A stretch of DNA of 64,000 nucleotides from a bacterium (GCA_024228115.1 JAAETT010000546.1:4109-68108); one strand, 5' to 3'. Positions 1 through 9,927 are shown, numbered from the stretch's first letter. Program-made: numbers and translations. Notes: generated by a model from the letters alone, not told the origin.

Positions 1-231
1 GGCGGGCTGGATTTCTTCTTCGGCGTGTGCGTCAAGAATGCCCTTGGCTGTGAGCAGGCGATTGAACGGATCTCTTAGGGGGCCGAGGTTGCCGTCGGAG
101 CCCGCGACCGGCTGCACCCAGCTCCAAGCCTCCCAGAGCTCATCGACCCACTTCCGCAGGGATTCGGCTGAAGGGAAGCTGCGGACGACCTCGTTGCCGA
201 GGTCAAGCGTGACAAGGGGTTCCTTCGCCAA
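1..231 (-). CDS. Hypothetical protein, N-terminal part only (runs off the window edge)
   Basis: Manual translation from TTG at 231 gives MAKEPLVTLDLGNEVVRSFPSAESLRKWVDELWEAWSWV..., with no stop before base 1; in-frame GTGs lie slightly upstream. Not in the supplied ORF track. Confidence 0.5.
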   Translation of the reverse strand, partial: MAKEPLVTLDLGNEVVRSFPSAESLRKWVDELWEAWSWVQPVAGSDGNLGPLRDPFNRLLTAKGILDAHAEEEIQPA

Positions 232-282
232 AGTTTGGCACACCACCGGCACACCTGGGGAAGGTGAGAATCGCGTAAGTAC

Positions 283-359
283 TGGTCGGGCCGGGGAGAT
301 TCGAACTCCCGACCTCCTGAACCCCATTCAGGCGCGCTACCAAGCTGCGCTACGGCCCG
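283..359 (-). tRNA. tRNA-Pro(GGG)
   Basis: Reverse complement CGGGCCGTAGCGCAGCTTGGTAGCGCGCCTGAATGGGGTTCAGGAGGTCGGGAGTTCGAATCTCCCCGGCCCGACCA. Anticodon stem CCTGA/TCAGG, loop ATGGGGT, TTCGAA T-loop, encoded CCA. Confidence 0.97.
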
Positions 360-419
360 ACCGGAGGAGGATTAGCCCGCAGCCCTCCTCCTGTCGACCA
401 GCATCCGGATGACGGCGTC

Positions 420-2216
420 TCAGGGCCTCGGGAGCTTGTTGAAGCGAATCTCCGGGCGGCGATCGTCGATCAGCTTTTCTCTCAGCAGGATGGTGCCGTC
501 GGGGAAGATCACCTCGAAGCGGTGGCGGCCGGAGGCCAGGGTGACCTCTGCGACGGGTGTCTGGCCCAGGTCCCGGCCGTCGACCAGGACGCGTGCGGGC
601 GGATTGGCTTCGACCCGAATGGTCACGGGCGGCCCCGTTGCGGCCACGGGCAGAGGCCTCGGCGCGCTGGGTGGCCTTGCCGCGGGCTCGGGTGGCGATG
701 GCGTGGGCGAGGGCTCTGAAGCGGTGTTGGTGGCGGGCTCGCTGGGCGGCTCTTCCGGTGCGGGCGCCGGAGGTTCGGGCTCGGGGGCTGCGATTTCCTC
801 GGCCTCCGGAGTGGCTTCGGGGAGCGGCTCGGGAGAGATGGGAGGAGTGTCCGTGGCTTCTTCAACGGCGACAGGCGGGGACGGCTCGACCGCTTCAGCG
901 GGTGCGGGCGCTTCCGCTGTGGACGACGGCGGCGTCAGATCATCACTGGGCGCGGGGGGGGCGGGTTCATCGGGCGTTTCGATCTCTGGAGCCGGCTCCG
1001 GTGCAGTCTCCAAGACGTCAACGAGTTCCTCTGTGCCCTCCATCTGTGGCTCGGTGGCGAGGTCGGACGGTTGCTTGGCCGATGGTTCCTGAACTTCCTC
1101 CTCCATCACGGGCTCTGCGACTTGTTCAACGGCCGGCTCGGCCACGCTCTCTTGGCCGACGGGAACATCGATCGAAGCGGCCGGCGTTTCCGTGGGTACG
1201 TCGGTGCGCAGGGCGAAGAAGATTCCCAACGCCATCAACCCGAGGCCCGAAACGAGCAGCAGGTGACTTCGTAGCCAGCCCCGCTCGTCTGACGGCGGCG
1301 GGAGAGGAATGTGAGGAGCCGCGCGCGGAGGCTCCCTTGGCGGCTGTGTTTCGGGCGACTCGGGCTTCGGCGGCTCTTCATCCTCCGCTTCGAGTAGCTC
1401 GGCCTCGGCCGCCGGTTCCGTTTCCGGCTCGTCCTCCGGCGAATCGATTTCCAGCCACTGCTCGCGCCGGGAGAAACGGTCGCGGTCGGCTTCGGGGCGA
1501 TCGCGAAGGAATTGCACGGCCAGGATATGCAGCTCGCGGGGCAGGCCTCCGGACTCCCGGTGAAGCCAGGCCAGTACCTGCTCGGTGAAGCGATCCTGGA
1601 TGGCAGGGCCGACTCCACTCGCCCGCAGGCGCTCGCGAATGTACGCGGCGCTCTCTTCGGCCGACATCGGCGTGTTGAATCGCACGAGCGCCACGTCGGA
1701 GCCCAGCGCGGCGAGGACGCGGCCGGCGCGCGGGTCGTCCACCGGAATCACCAGCAGCTGCAGTTCACCCGGGGCCTGGCGCACGAGAGCCGACAATTCC
1801 CGAGCGGTCTCGATGGGCAGCCCGCTGGCATCGTCGAGGGCCAGGATCAAGCGCCGGCCTGCCGAGGCGCGCCGAGCGGCCGCTTCGAGGAGTGCGCCGC
1901 CCGGATCCGAGAACGGGCCCTGGTCTTCGCCTAGCAATCCCAGCGCCCAGTGGCAGAGATCCGGAAACTCGAGAGCGGCATAGGGTAGAAGGAGAAGTTC
2001 GGTCTCCTCCGCGAGCCGCTCGGCCAACACCCGCATCAGCTGGGTCTTGCCGATCCCGTTCGGGCCGACCAGCGCAATGCACGGGGCCTCGCGACGCACG
2101 GCGGCAAGCAGCTCATCCAGGGCGCGTTCGCACGCCGGGCGGACGACGTAGCCTTCGGCCGCGGTCGTGGAGCCAAACGGATCGGCTCCGATCGGTTCGG
2201 AAGGATCGCTGCTCAT
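420..2216 (-). CDS. ExeA/GspA-like AAA ATPase with TM helix, Pro/Glu-rich linker and C-terminal PEGA-like domain
   Basis: Walker A GPNGIGKT and Walker B LILALDDA; TM segment LLLVSGLGLMALGIFFAL; low-complexity P/E/A linker; PEGA-like end (VEANPPARVLVDGRDLGQTPV...GRHRFEV). Confidence 0.75.
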   Translation of the reverse strand: MSSDPSEPIGADPFGSTTAAEGYVVRPACERALDELLAAVRREAPCIALVGPNGIGKTQLMRVLAERLAEETELLLLPYAALEFPDLCHWALGLLGEDQGPFSDPGGALLEAAARRASAGRRLILALDDASGLPIETARELSALVRQAPGELQLLVIPVDDPRAGRVLAALGSDVALVRFNTPMSAEESAAYIRERLRASGVGPAIQDRFTEQVLAWLHRESGGLPRELHILAVQFLRDRPEADRDRFSRREQWLEIDSPEDEPETEPAAEAELLEAEDEEPPKPESPETQPPREPPRAAPHIPLPPPSDERGWLRSHLLLVSGLGLMALGIFFALRTDVPTETPAASIDVPVGQESVAEPAVEQVAEPVMEEEVQEPSAKQPSDLATEPQMEGTEELVDVLETAPEPAPEIETPDEPAPPAPSDDLTPPSSTAEAPAPAEAVEPSPPVAVEEATDTPPISPEPLPEATPEAEEIAAPEPEPPAPAPEEPPSEPATNTASEPSPTPSPPEPAARPPSAPRPLPVAATGPPVTIRVEANPPARVLVDGRDLGQTPVAEVTLASGRHRFEVIFPDGTILLREKLIDDRRPEIRFNKLPRP

Positions 2217-2237
2217 GGCGAGCGGGTGGCTCTCCTA

Positions 2238-2636
2238 CTAGAGCAGGCCACGAATCTCCTGCAGCTCGTCGCGGATGCTCTTCAGCTGCGCACGCGGATC
2301 GCTCTCCAACGCCATCTCGAGCTGGGGTGCATCCAGCGCACGACCTACGCCGAGTTCGCGCAGCTTCTTCCGGGCACCGGCAATCGTGAAGCGCTCTTCG
2401 TAGAGGAGTCGCTTGATCAGTTGGATGATCTCGATGTCGCGCTGGCGATACAGGCGCTGCTTCGAGCGGGATTTCGCCGGCGCCATCCAACGGAATTCGG
2501 ATTCCCAGTAGCGAAGCACATAGGGCTTCACGTCCGTGATCCGACTGACCTCACCGATCCGGTAATAGAGCTTCCCGGCCGAGTCGCTCTTCTCCGAGTC
2601 GCCGGATTTCGCTCCACGCTTCTTGCGTGCCGCCAC
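2238..2636 (-). CDS. MerR-family transcriptional regulator (ihfA-linked type)
   Basis: YYRIGEVSRITDVKPYVLRYWESEF HTH and KQRLYRQRDI; occupies the usual position downstream of ihfA. Confidence 0.9.
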   Translation of the reverse strand: MAARKKRGAKSGDSEKSDSAGKLYYRIGEVSRITDVKPYVLRYWESEFRWMAPAKSRSKQRLYRQRDIEIIQLIKRLLYEERFTIAGARKKLRELGVGRALDAPQLEMALESDPRAQLKSIRDELQEIRGLL

Positions 2637-2702
2637 GTTGCCCCCCTTCCCTCTCGAACGATGCGAGCCGAACGCTTGCGACGGCTCGGCCAGACGCGAT
2701 CG

Positions 2703-3017
2703 CTAGCGTTCACCGCCGACCTCGGAAGATGCCGAAGTATCCTCCTCGTTCAAGACGGTTTTCAGCACGAGGCTCGGCTTGAAGGTGAGCACGCGACGGG
2801 CTGCGAGACGAATCTCCTCGCCCGTTTGCGGGTTCCGGCCCTTGCGGGCGTTCTTCTGGCGCACCACGAAGTTCCCGAAGCCGGAGATCTTCACTTTCTC
2901 ACCTTCGGAGAGGGTCTCCTTGATGATGTCGAAGACCTTCTCGACCAGCTCCGCGGATTCCTTCTTGGAGAAACCCACCCTCTCGTAGATGTGCTCGACG
3001 ATGTCTGCCTTGGTCAC
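2703..3017 (-). CDS. ihfA: Integration host factor subunit alpha
   Basis: MTKADIVE...VKISGFGNFVVRQKNARKGRNPQTG HU/IHF signature; follows pheT. Confidence 0.93.
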   Translation of the reverse strand: MTKADIVEHIYERVGFSKKESAELVEKVFDIIKETLSEGEKVKISGFGNFVVRQKNARKGRNPQTGEEIRLAARRVLTFKPSLVLKTVLNEEDTSASSEVGGER

Positions 3018-3042
3018 GCCTTCCCCCTTCCCTGCGCCAAGC

Positions 3043-5451
3043 CTACCGGAGCTCTGCCCCGAAGCGCTTGGCGAGAATCTGCACGACTTTTTCAGTGGCT
3101 TCAGCCACCTCCGTATCGGTCAGCGTTCGATCGGTTCGCTGAAAAATCATCCGAAAGGCCAGGCTCAGCTTGCCCTCGGGTACACCGCGGCCCTCGTAGC
3201 GATCGAAGAGATGCACCGATTGGAGCGAGGCGCCGGCCTTCTTGCGCACCGCCTGGAGCAGCTCTCCGGCAGGGGTTCCCGCATCCACCAGCAGTGCCAG
3301 GTCCCGCCGGATCCTCGGATGCCGGGAGACCTCCTTGTAGCGAGGTGTTTCTCCCCCCAAACGGTCCAGGGCATCCAGATCGACCACCAATACGGCGGTC
3401 GGTGCGTCGAGCTCGAAGCGGGCTGCCGTCTCGGGATGCAGCTCGCCAACGCATGCGACGCGCTGGCCCCGCACGAAGAACTCGCCCGCGCCGCCCGGAT
3501 GGAGAAATGGTTCCTCCGAACCGGCCCGGAACTCCGGGGTCTGGCCCAGTTCGGCGAGCATCCGCTCGCCGAACCCCTTCGCCCGAAAGAACGGCGGAAC
3601 GCCGTCTGCACGCCAGAGATCCTCCGCACCGCTCTCAGAAATGGCAGCGACGGCCTGGAGCGGCTCACGCTCCTGCCACGCTTCGGGGCGATCGGTGCCA
3701 CCGTGGAACACCCGGCTCACCTCGAAGACCGCGATCCGATCGACCTGACGGGAGCGGTTGCCGCGGACCGCGCGCAAAACGGAAGGCAGGAGGTGGGTTC
3801 GCAGCACCGAATCCCCGGCTTGGATCGGATTCAGCAGCGGAACGTGGTTTCGCCGCGGGTCGTCGGCCTGCAGGCGCAGGGCGTCGTCGTCCTCGGGCGG
3901 GCAGCCGGAGAAGGTCATGATCTCCGTGAGCCCTGCTCCTACGAGCGCCGTGCGCACGGATTCCCGGATACGGCGACGCGGGGCCAGCTCCACACTGCGA
4001 AGGGGAGCCGTCTGCAGGGTCGGCTCGATGCAGTCGTAGCCGAATACGCGGGCGACCTCTTCGACCAGGTCCACTGTCAGGTGGAGGTCGTTCCGCCAGC
4101 TCGGCGGGTGACAGCGAAGCCGTTCCCCGTCGGCCTCGGAGGGGATGTCCACCCGGGCCAGGAGGGCTGCCACCTCGTCGGCATCGAGAGTCGTTCCGAG
4201 CAGGCGGTTGACCCGTGCGGGATCGAGTTCGATCGTCTCCGTGGCGGGGCCCGGGTCGCCCGTCGCAAACGCTCGCCCGCGGGAGACCTCACCGCCGGCG
4301 AGATCCTGGATCAAGCGGGCCGCACGGTCCGCAGCGCGGTCCTGGCCTTCCGGGTCGACGCCTCGTTCGAAGCGGTAGGAGGCATCGCTGCGCAAGGCCA
4401 GGCGCTTTGCCGTGCGTCGTACGCGGGAGGGATCAAAGTGGGCGCTCTCCAGCAGCAGGTTCGTCGAGGTGTCGTCCACCTCACTCTCCGCGCCACCCAT
4501 CACACCGGCGATGGCGATGGCGCCCTGCTCGTCCGCGATCACCAGATCTTCCCGACGGAGTTCCCGATCCTCCCCATCCAGGGTGAGGATCTTCTCTCCG
4601 TCCTTTGCGGCTCGGACCGTCACCACGCCGCCGCGCAACTTGTCCAGATCGAAGGCATGCAGCGGCTGGCCGAACTCGAGCATCACCAGATTCGTCACGT
4701 CGACTACGTTGTTGACGGAGCGCAGCCCGGCAGCTTCGAGCCTTTGTTGCAACCACTCGGGAGAGGGGCCGACCTCCACACCGCGGATGACGCGACCTAC
4801 ATAACGATGGCAGCCGCCCCGATCGTCGATCTGGATGGAGATCTCGGAAGCAGCATCCCGCTCGGATTCTGCTGGCTCGCAGGGCGGCAGCTTCAGATCG
4901 CCGCCGAAATGGGTCTGCACCTCGCGCGCCATGCCGAGCATCGAGACCCAATCGCCCCGGTTCGGGGTGATCTCGACATCCAGGACGGTCTCGCCGCTGG
5001 GAAGAACAGCGCTGAGCGCTGCACCGAGAGGAGACTCGGGATCCAGCACGAGGATGCCGTCGCTGCCCTCGCCGAGCCCCAATTCGACCTCCGAGCAGAT
5101 CATGCCGTGGGATTTCACGCCGCGGATCTTCGAGCGCTTGATCTTGAGTCCACCGGGAAGCACCACACCATGGGTGGCCACAGCCACCCTTTGGCCGGCC
5201 GCCACGTTGGGCGCACCGCACACGATGTCGAGCGGCTCGCCGTCACCCAGGTCGACACGACAGACCGAGAGCCGATCCGCATCCGGATGCGCCTGGCGCT
5301 CCAGCACCTGCCCGACGCGGATTGCCGAGAGATCAGGCCCTGTCTCGATCACTTCTTCGATCTCGAGTCCGCCGACGGTCAGCCGCTCTTCGAGCGTCGT
5401 GCGATCGGGTAGGTCGATCCATTCCGAGAGCCAGCCGAGCGGGACCCTCAC
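3043..5451 (-). CDS. pheT: Phenylalanine--tRNA ligase beta subunit
   Basis: 802 aa; HPDADRLSVC, VCGAPNV, ITPNRGD, GQPLHAFD, RFERGVD; C-terminal FDX-ACB domain. Confidence 0.98.
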   Translation of the reverse strand: MRVPLGWLSEWIDLPDRTTLEERLTVGGLEIEEVIETGPDLSAIRVGQVLERQAHPDADRLSVCRVDLGDGEPLDIVCGAPNVAAGQRVAVATHGVVLPGGLKIKRSKIRGVKSHGMICSEVELGLGEGSDGILVLDPESPLGAALSAVLPSGETVLDVEITPNRGDWVSMLGMAREVQTHFGGDLKLPPCEPAESERDAASEISIQIDDRGGCHRYVGRVIRGVEVGPSPEWLQQRLEAAGLRSVNNVVDVTNLVMLEFGQPLHAFDLDKLRGGVVTVRAAKDGEKILTLDGEDRELRREDLVIADEQGAIAIAGVMGGAESEVDDTSTNLLLESAHFDPSRVRRTAKRLALRSDASYRFERGVDPEGQDRAADRAARLIQDLAGGEVSRGRAFATGDPGPATETIELDPARVNRLLGTTLDADEVAALLARVDIPSEADGERLRCHPPSWRNDLHLTVDLVEEVARVFGYDCIEPTLQTAPLRSVELAPRRRIRESVRTALVGAGLTEIMTFSGCPPEDDDALRLQADDPRRNHVPLLNPIQAGDSVLRTHLLPSVLRAVRGNRSRQVDRIAVFEVSRVFHGGTDRPEAWQEREPLQAVAAISESGAEDLWRADGVPPFFRAKGFGERMLAELGQTPEFRAGSEEPFLHPGGAGEFFVRGQRVACVGELHPETAARFELDAPTAVLVVDLDALDRLGGETPRYKEVSRHPRIRRDLALLVDAGTPAGELLQAVRKKAGASLQSVHLFDRYEGRGVPEGKLSLAFRMIFQRTDRTLTDTEVAEATEKVVQILAKRFGAELR

Positions 5452-6440
5452 TAGAACTGCTCGCCGGTGCGCACGTCACCGTCGAAGAAGAGCTGGATGT
5501 TCGGGATGTCCCAGCGGATCATGGCCGTGCGATCGATGCCCATGCCGAAGGCGAAGCCCTGGTAGCGCTCGGGGTCGATGCCACAGTTGAGCAGCACCTG
5601 GGGATGGATCATTCCGCAGCCGCCCCACTCGAGCCAACGCCCTCCCCAGCCGATGTCGATCTCGGCCGAGGGCTCGGTGAACGGAAAGAAGTGTGCGCGA
5701 AAGCGCATCTCCGTGCTCTCGCCGAACAGGTGACGGGCGAATGCGAACAGCGTGCCCTTCAGATCGGCGAAGGTCACATGCTCGTCGACACAGACCGCCT
5801 CGATCTGGTGGAACATCGGGTAGTGGGTGCCGTCGAGATCGTGCCGGTACACGCGCCCCGGGGAGATGAACCTGAAGGGAGGCTGCCGGCCGGTCATCGC
5901 TCGGATCTGGACGTTCGAGGTATGGGTCCGCAGCACGTTTCCGCCGGGCACGAAGAAGGTGTCCTGCAGATCCCGAGCGGGATGATCCTCGGGGAAATTC
6001 AGGCCGCCGAAGTTGTTCCAATCGGTCTCGACCTCGGGCCCGTCTTCGATGCCGTAGCCGAGCTCGGCAAAGAAGGCGCACATCTCCCGCTCGATCTGGC
6101 TGGTCGGGTGCAGGTGCCCCCGCGGCGGCGCGTAGCCGGGAAGTGTGACGTCGAGCTTGTACTCGGCGATCTCACGATCCCGATCGGCGCTCTCGAGCGC
6201 TCGCTTGCGGGCAACGGCCAGGGCCTCGATGCACTCCTTGGCCTGGTTCGCAGCCTGGCCTACGGCTGCACGCTCCTCTCCGGAGAGCCCGCCGATCGTC
6301 CGCAACACTGCCGAAACCGAACCCTTCTTGCCGAGGAAGCCCGCGCGGACCTCCGCGAGGGCCTGGACGCTGGCGGCCTCGGCAATCGCCGTCTCGGCGA
6401 GGGCCACGACACGCTCCAGGTTCTCGCTAGCACTCGACAA
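5451..6440 (-). CDS. pheS: Phenylalanine--tRNA ligase alpha subunit
   Basis: HPARDLQDTF, LRTHTS, FHQIE, FPFTEPSAE and GFAFGMGIDR motifs. Confidence 0.98.
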   Translation of the reverse strand: MSSASENLERVVALAETAIAEAASVQALAEVRAGFLGKKGSVSAVLRTIGGLSGEERAAVGQAANQAKECIEALAVARKRALESADRDREIAEYKLDVTLPGYAPPRGHLHPTSQIEREMCAFFAELGYGIEDGPEVETDWNNFGGLNFPEDHPARDLQDTFFVPGGNVLRTHTSNVQIRAMTGRQPPFRFISPGRVYRHDLDGTHYPMFHQIEAVCVDEHVTFADLKGTLFAFARHLFGESTEMRFRAHFFPFTEPSAEIDIGWGGRWLEWGGCGMIHPQVLLNCGIDPERYQGFAFGMGIDRTAMIRWDIPNIQLFFDGDVRTGEQF

Positions 6441-6449
6441 CGAGTGGCC

Positions 6450-6806
6450 CTAGGCAACCTGCGCTTTGGCCAGCTTCGCGAGTTCGGCGAAGGCCGCCGG
6501 ATCCGCGATTGCCAGATCGGCCAGGTTCTTTCGATCGATCTCGACACCGGCCAGGCCGAGCCCGTGGATCAGCCGGCTGTAGGAGAGGTCGTTCTGCCGG
6601 GCCGCGGCGTTGATGCGCGCGATCCACAACGAGCGGAACTCGCGCTTCTTGACCTTGCGGTCGCGGTAGCCGTACTTCCAACCTTTTTCGACGGCCTCTC
6701 GGGCCGTCTTGACCAGCCGGTGGCGAGTTCCCTGGTAACCCTTGGCAGCCCGCAGGATCCGCTTGTGGCGGGCATGCGAGGCGGTGCCTCGTTTGACTCG
6801 GGGCAT
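6450..6806 (-). CDS. rplT: 50S ribosomal protein L20
   Basis: MPRVKRG...AKGYQG...[22 protein letters not shown]...[10 protein letters not shown]. Confidence 0.98.
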   Translation of the reverse strand: MPRVKRGTASHARHKRILRAAKGYQGTRHRLVKTAREAVEKGWKYGYRDRKVKKREFRSLWIARINAAARQNDLSYSRLIHGLGLAGVEIDRKNLADLAIADPAAFAELAKLAKAQVA

Positions 6807-6833
6807 GGTTCGTCTCCCTCGTTTCGGTCCGTC

Positions 6834-7031
6834 CTAGAGGTACGGAACCAGCTGCTTCACGCGCTTCTTGTCGGCGCTAGAGATTTCGCCCACCTCACGC
6901 AGGTGGCGTTTTCGTTTCGTGGTCATCTTGGTCAGGATGTGGCGCTTGTTGCGCCTCCGGTGCCGGAGCTTTCCGGTCCCGGTCTTCGTGATGCGCTTTG
7001 CAGCGCCCCGGTGGGTCTTCATTTTCGGCAT
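6834..7031 (-). CDS. rpmI: 50S ribosomal protein L35
   Basis: [21 protein letters not shown]...[14 protein letters not shown]. Confidence 0.98.
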   Translation of the reverse strand: MPKMKTHRGAAKRITKTGTGKLRHRRRNKRHILTKMTTKRKRHLREVGEISSADKKRVKQLVPYL

Positions 7032-7744
7032 CAGGCTTCTCCGGCCGGCGGTTGGTTCTCCGGCGTCTTCGTCATTTCAGCCGGCGATTCTGCCTCCGGC
7101 GTTTCAGTCTTCTCGGGCGGGGTCTTGGCCCCGGCTTTCTCGGCACTGGCTTCGGACTGGCCTTCCTCCTCCTTGGCGGCGGCCTCGGCCGCCTCCATTT
7201 CCTTGCGGGCGGCGTCGACCGCCTCCCGGTTCGGAACCAGCACCATGGAAAGGAAGCGCCCGTTCATCTGGGGCGGATTCTCGACCGTCACGAGATCGCC
7301 GAGGAGTTCTTGCACCGTGTCGAGCTTCGCGAAGCCGACCTTGCGGTGCGCCATCTCCCGGCCGCGGAACATGACGGTGATCTTGACCTTGTCGCCATCG
7401 ATCAGGAACCGCCGCGCATTCTTGAGCTTGAAGTCGAGGTCGTGATCGTCCGTGTTCGGACGCATCTTCACTTCCTTCAAGGATGCAGCGCGGCCCTTGC
7501 CTTTGGCTTTGGCCACCGCCGCCTTCTTCTTCTGCTCGTATTTGTACTTGCCGTAGTCCATGATCCGGCAAACCGGCGGCCGAGCATTGGGAGCGACCTC
7601 GACCAGGTCGTACCCCGCTTCCTCAGCCTTCACGAGAGCATCCTCGGCCATATAGACGCCCAGTTGCTCCCCGTCGGCACCGATCAACATGACTTCGCGC
7701 GCGCGAATCCTCTCGTTGATTCGGACAAGGTCTTTTTCAGCGAT
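7031..7744 (-). CDS. infC: Translation initiation factor IF-3 (predicted ATC start; C-terminal extension)
   Basis: IF3 motifs [31 protein letters not shown] and [13 protein letters not shown]. The frame extends upstream of ATG 7690 through [11 protein letters not shown] to an ATC at 7744, 8 nt after GGAGG. Confidence 0.93.
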   Translation of the reverse strand: MAEKDLVRINERIRAREVMLIGADGEQLGVYMAEDALVKAEEAGYDLVEVAPNARPPVCRIMDYGKYKYEQKKKAAVAKAKGKGRAASLKEVKMRPNTDDHDLDFKLKNARRFLIDGDKVKITVMFRGREMAHRKVGFAKLDTVQELLGDLVTVENPPQMNGRFLSMVLVPNREAVDAARKEMEAAEAAAKEEEGQSEASAEKAGAKTPPEKTETPEAESPAEMTKTPENQPPAGEA

Positions 7745-7762
7745 ACGAATACCCTCCCGTTC

Positions 7763-9694
7763 TCAAACCTGACGGCGAGCGACTTGCTCGGTCAGGTCCG
7801 AAACGAATGCATCCACGGTCACCGCCTCCCCGCCCCTCTCGGCGTCACGCCGGAAGCGCGGGGTCACGGTGCCCTGCTCTTGTTCTTGATCGCCCACAAC
7901 GGCCATCACGGGAATCTTCTGCAGCTCAGCGTCGCGGATCTTCCATCCCAGCTTCTCGGAACGGTCATCCAGGAACGGACGCAGCCCTGCGGCCTCGAGA
8001 CCATCCCGAATCTTTCGAGCGTACTCCACATGCCGATCCGTGATCGGCAGCAGCGCCACCTGGACCGGGGCCAGCCAGAGCGGGTAGTCCCCGCCCGTAT
8101 GCTCCGTGTAGATGGCGAGAAAGCGCTCGAGAGAGCCCAGCACGGCCCGATGGAGCATGGCGGGCTGGTGCTCCTGGCCATCCCGGCCGATATAACGGAG
8201 GTCGAAGCGCCCCGGGGCCGCCATGTCGATCTGGATCGTGGCCAGGGTCCAGGTGCGCCCCAGCACGTCATCGAAATCGAACTCGACCTTCGGCGCGTAG
8301 AAGGCGGCCTCGCCCGTCTTGATGCCGCATTCGTAGCCAGCGCTCTTCACCGCATCAATCAGGGCACGCTCGCCCACGTCCCAATCGGCGGAATCGCCCA
8401 GAAAGCTCTCGGGCCGGGTCGAGACGGAAACCTTCACACCGCTGAGGCCGAGATCCCGGTAGACCTCCTGGGTCATCTCGAAGAATCGCTCGAGCTCCTC
8501 GGGCACCTGCTCCGGCTCGCAGTAGATATGCCCGTCGTCCTGGGCCATGGAACGCACCCGGGAGAGCCCGGTCAGGGTGCCGCTGCGCTCGTTGCGATGC
8601 AGGCGTGAGAACTCCGCATAACGAATCGGCAGGTCCCGATAGGAGCGCTTCGTATGCTGCAACAGCCGGCAATGGCCCGGGCAGTTCATCGCCTTGACGC
8701 CAAGTTCCTCGTCCTCGTCGCCTTCGAACCAGAACATGTCGTCGTGGAATTCGTAGTAGTGGCCCGAGGTCTTGTAGACGTCCGCCCGGTAGAGCTGGGG
8801 CGTCATCACCTCCTGATAGCCGTACCTGGGGTAGAGCGAACGCATGTACTCGACGAACCCGTTGTAGAGCACCATCCCCTTCGGGTGGTAGACGGGGGTC
8901 CCCGGCGAGAGCGGGTCGAGATGAAAGAGATCCAGCTGGGCGCCGATGCGCCGATGGTCGCGCTTCTTCGCCTCTTCGATCCGTTCCAGGTGTTCCGCAA
9001 GCTCGGCCTTCGTGGCGAATGCGGTTCCGTAGATGCGCTGGAGCATCGGATTGCTCTCGTCGCCCCGCCAATAGGCGCCGGCGGCCTCGAGCAAGGTCAG
9101 AGCGCCGATCTGCTTGGTCGTCTGGACGTGGGGGCCACGGCAGAGATCGACGAACTGGCCATGGCGGAAGAGCGTGATCGCCTGGCCCTCAGGGATGTCC
9201 GCGAGCCGAGAGAGCTTCAGCTCTTCACCCAACTCCCGGAAGATCCGCTCGGCCTCTTCGCGGCTCACTTCTTCCCGCGTGAACGCGCACTTCTCTTTGA
9301 CGATCTTGCGCATCTCGGCCTCGATGCGCTCGAGGTCTTCGGGGCTGAAAGGCGCATCGACCTTGAAATCGTATTGGAACTTCTCGCCGTGATCCGCCCG
9401 GCCCGCATCCACCTGGGCCTCGGGAAAGAGCCGCTTCACGGCATCCGCCATCACGTGCTCGGCCGAGTGGCGGATGACGTCCGCGCCCTGGGGATCCTTG
9501 GCCGTGACGATCTGGAGCTGATCGACATCCTCGAGAAGAGGCGTGCGAAGATCGACCAGCTCGCCCTTGATGCGGCCCGCCAGGGCAGCACGCGCCAGAC
9601 CGGCCCCGATCTCCTGGGCGACGTCCAACACCGTCGAACCCACAGGCACGGAGAGCGTTCGACCGTCGGGAAGTCCGACTGCCAGGGCGCTCAT
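7763..9694 (-). CDS. thrS: Threonine--tRNA ligase
   Basis: TGS N-terminus (LPDG...), RHSAEH, DLCRGPH, RDHRRIG, KAMNCPGHC, LHRNE, GAFYAPK-like and HRAVLGSLERF. Start trimmed to MSALAVGLPDG. Confidence 0.97.
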   Translation of the reverse strand: MSALAVGLPDGRTLSVPVGSTVLDVAQEIGAGLARAALAGRIKGELVDLRTPLLEDVDQLQIVTAKDPQGADVIRHSAEHVMADAVKRLFPEAQVDAGRADHGEKFQYDFKVDAPFSPEDLERIEAEMRKIVKEKCAFTREEVSREEAERIFRELGEELKLSRLADIPEGQAITLFRHGQFVDLCRGPHVQTTKQIGALTLLEAAGAYWRGDESNPMLQRIYGTAFATKAELAEHLERIEEAKKRDHRRIGAQLDLFHLDPLSPGTPVYHPKGMVLYNGFVEYMRSLYPRYGYQEVMTPQLYRADVYKTSGHYYEFHDDMFWFEGDEDEELGVKAMNCPGHCRLLQHTKRSYRDLPIRYAEFSRLHRNERSGTLTGLSRVRSMAQDDGHIYCEPEQVPEELERFFEMTQEVYRDLGLSGVKVSVSTRPESFLGDSADWDVGERALIDAVKSAGYECGIKTGEAAFYAPKVEFDFDDVLGRTWTLATIQIDMAAPGRFDLRYIGRDGQEHQPAMLHRAVLGSLERFLAIYTEHTGGDYPLWLAPVQVALLPITDRHVEYARKIRDGLEAAGLRPFLDDRSEKLGWKIRDAELQKIPVMAVVGDQEQEQGTVTPRFRRDAERGGEAVTVDAFVSDLTEQVARRQV

Positions 9695-9803
9695 AGGTGC
9701 GGGTTGAAACGGGATTGCATCGTCGATCGCTCGTTCAGGAGTCTTCGAAGCCCGGAGCTTCGAAACCCAGTTCTTGGGGGCCGAAAGGTCCAGGCTCACG
9801 GAA

Positions 9804-9879
9804 TGGTAGGCACGGGCGGGGTCGAACCGCCGACTTCCGCCGTGTCAAGGCGGCGCTCTAGCCACTGAGCTACGTGCCT
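9804..9879 (-). tRNA. tRNA-Val(GAC)
   Basis: Reverse complement AGGCACGTAGCTCAGTGGCTAGAGCGCCGCCTTGACACGGCGGAAGTCGGCGGTTCGACCCCGCCCGTGCCTACCA. Anticodon arm CCGCC-TTGACAC-GGCGG. Confidence 0.97.
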
Positions 9880-9927
9880 ATAGGTTAGCTAACAGCTCGG
9901 AATCAGTACCGATTCGCCGTTTCCGTG

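Noticed and set aside
9695-9803. Possible thrS operator (tRNA-mimic) or T-box; hairpin TTCGAAGC/GCTTCGAA
   Set aside because: The hairpin loop lacks a Thr anticodon-like CGU and there is no T-box consensus. It may just be a processing hairpin after tRNA-Val.
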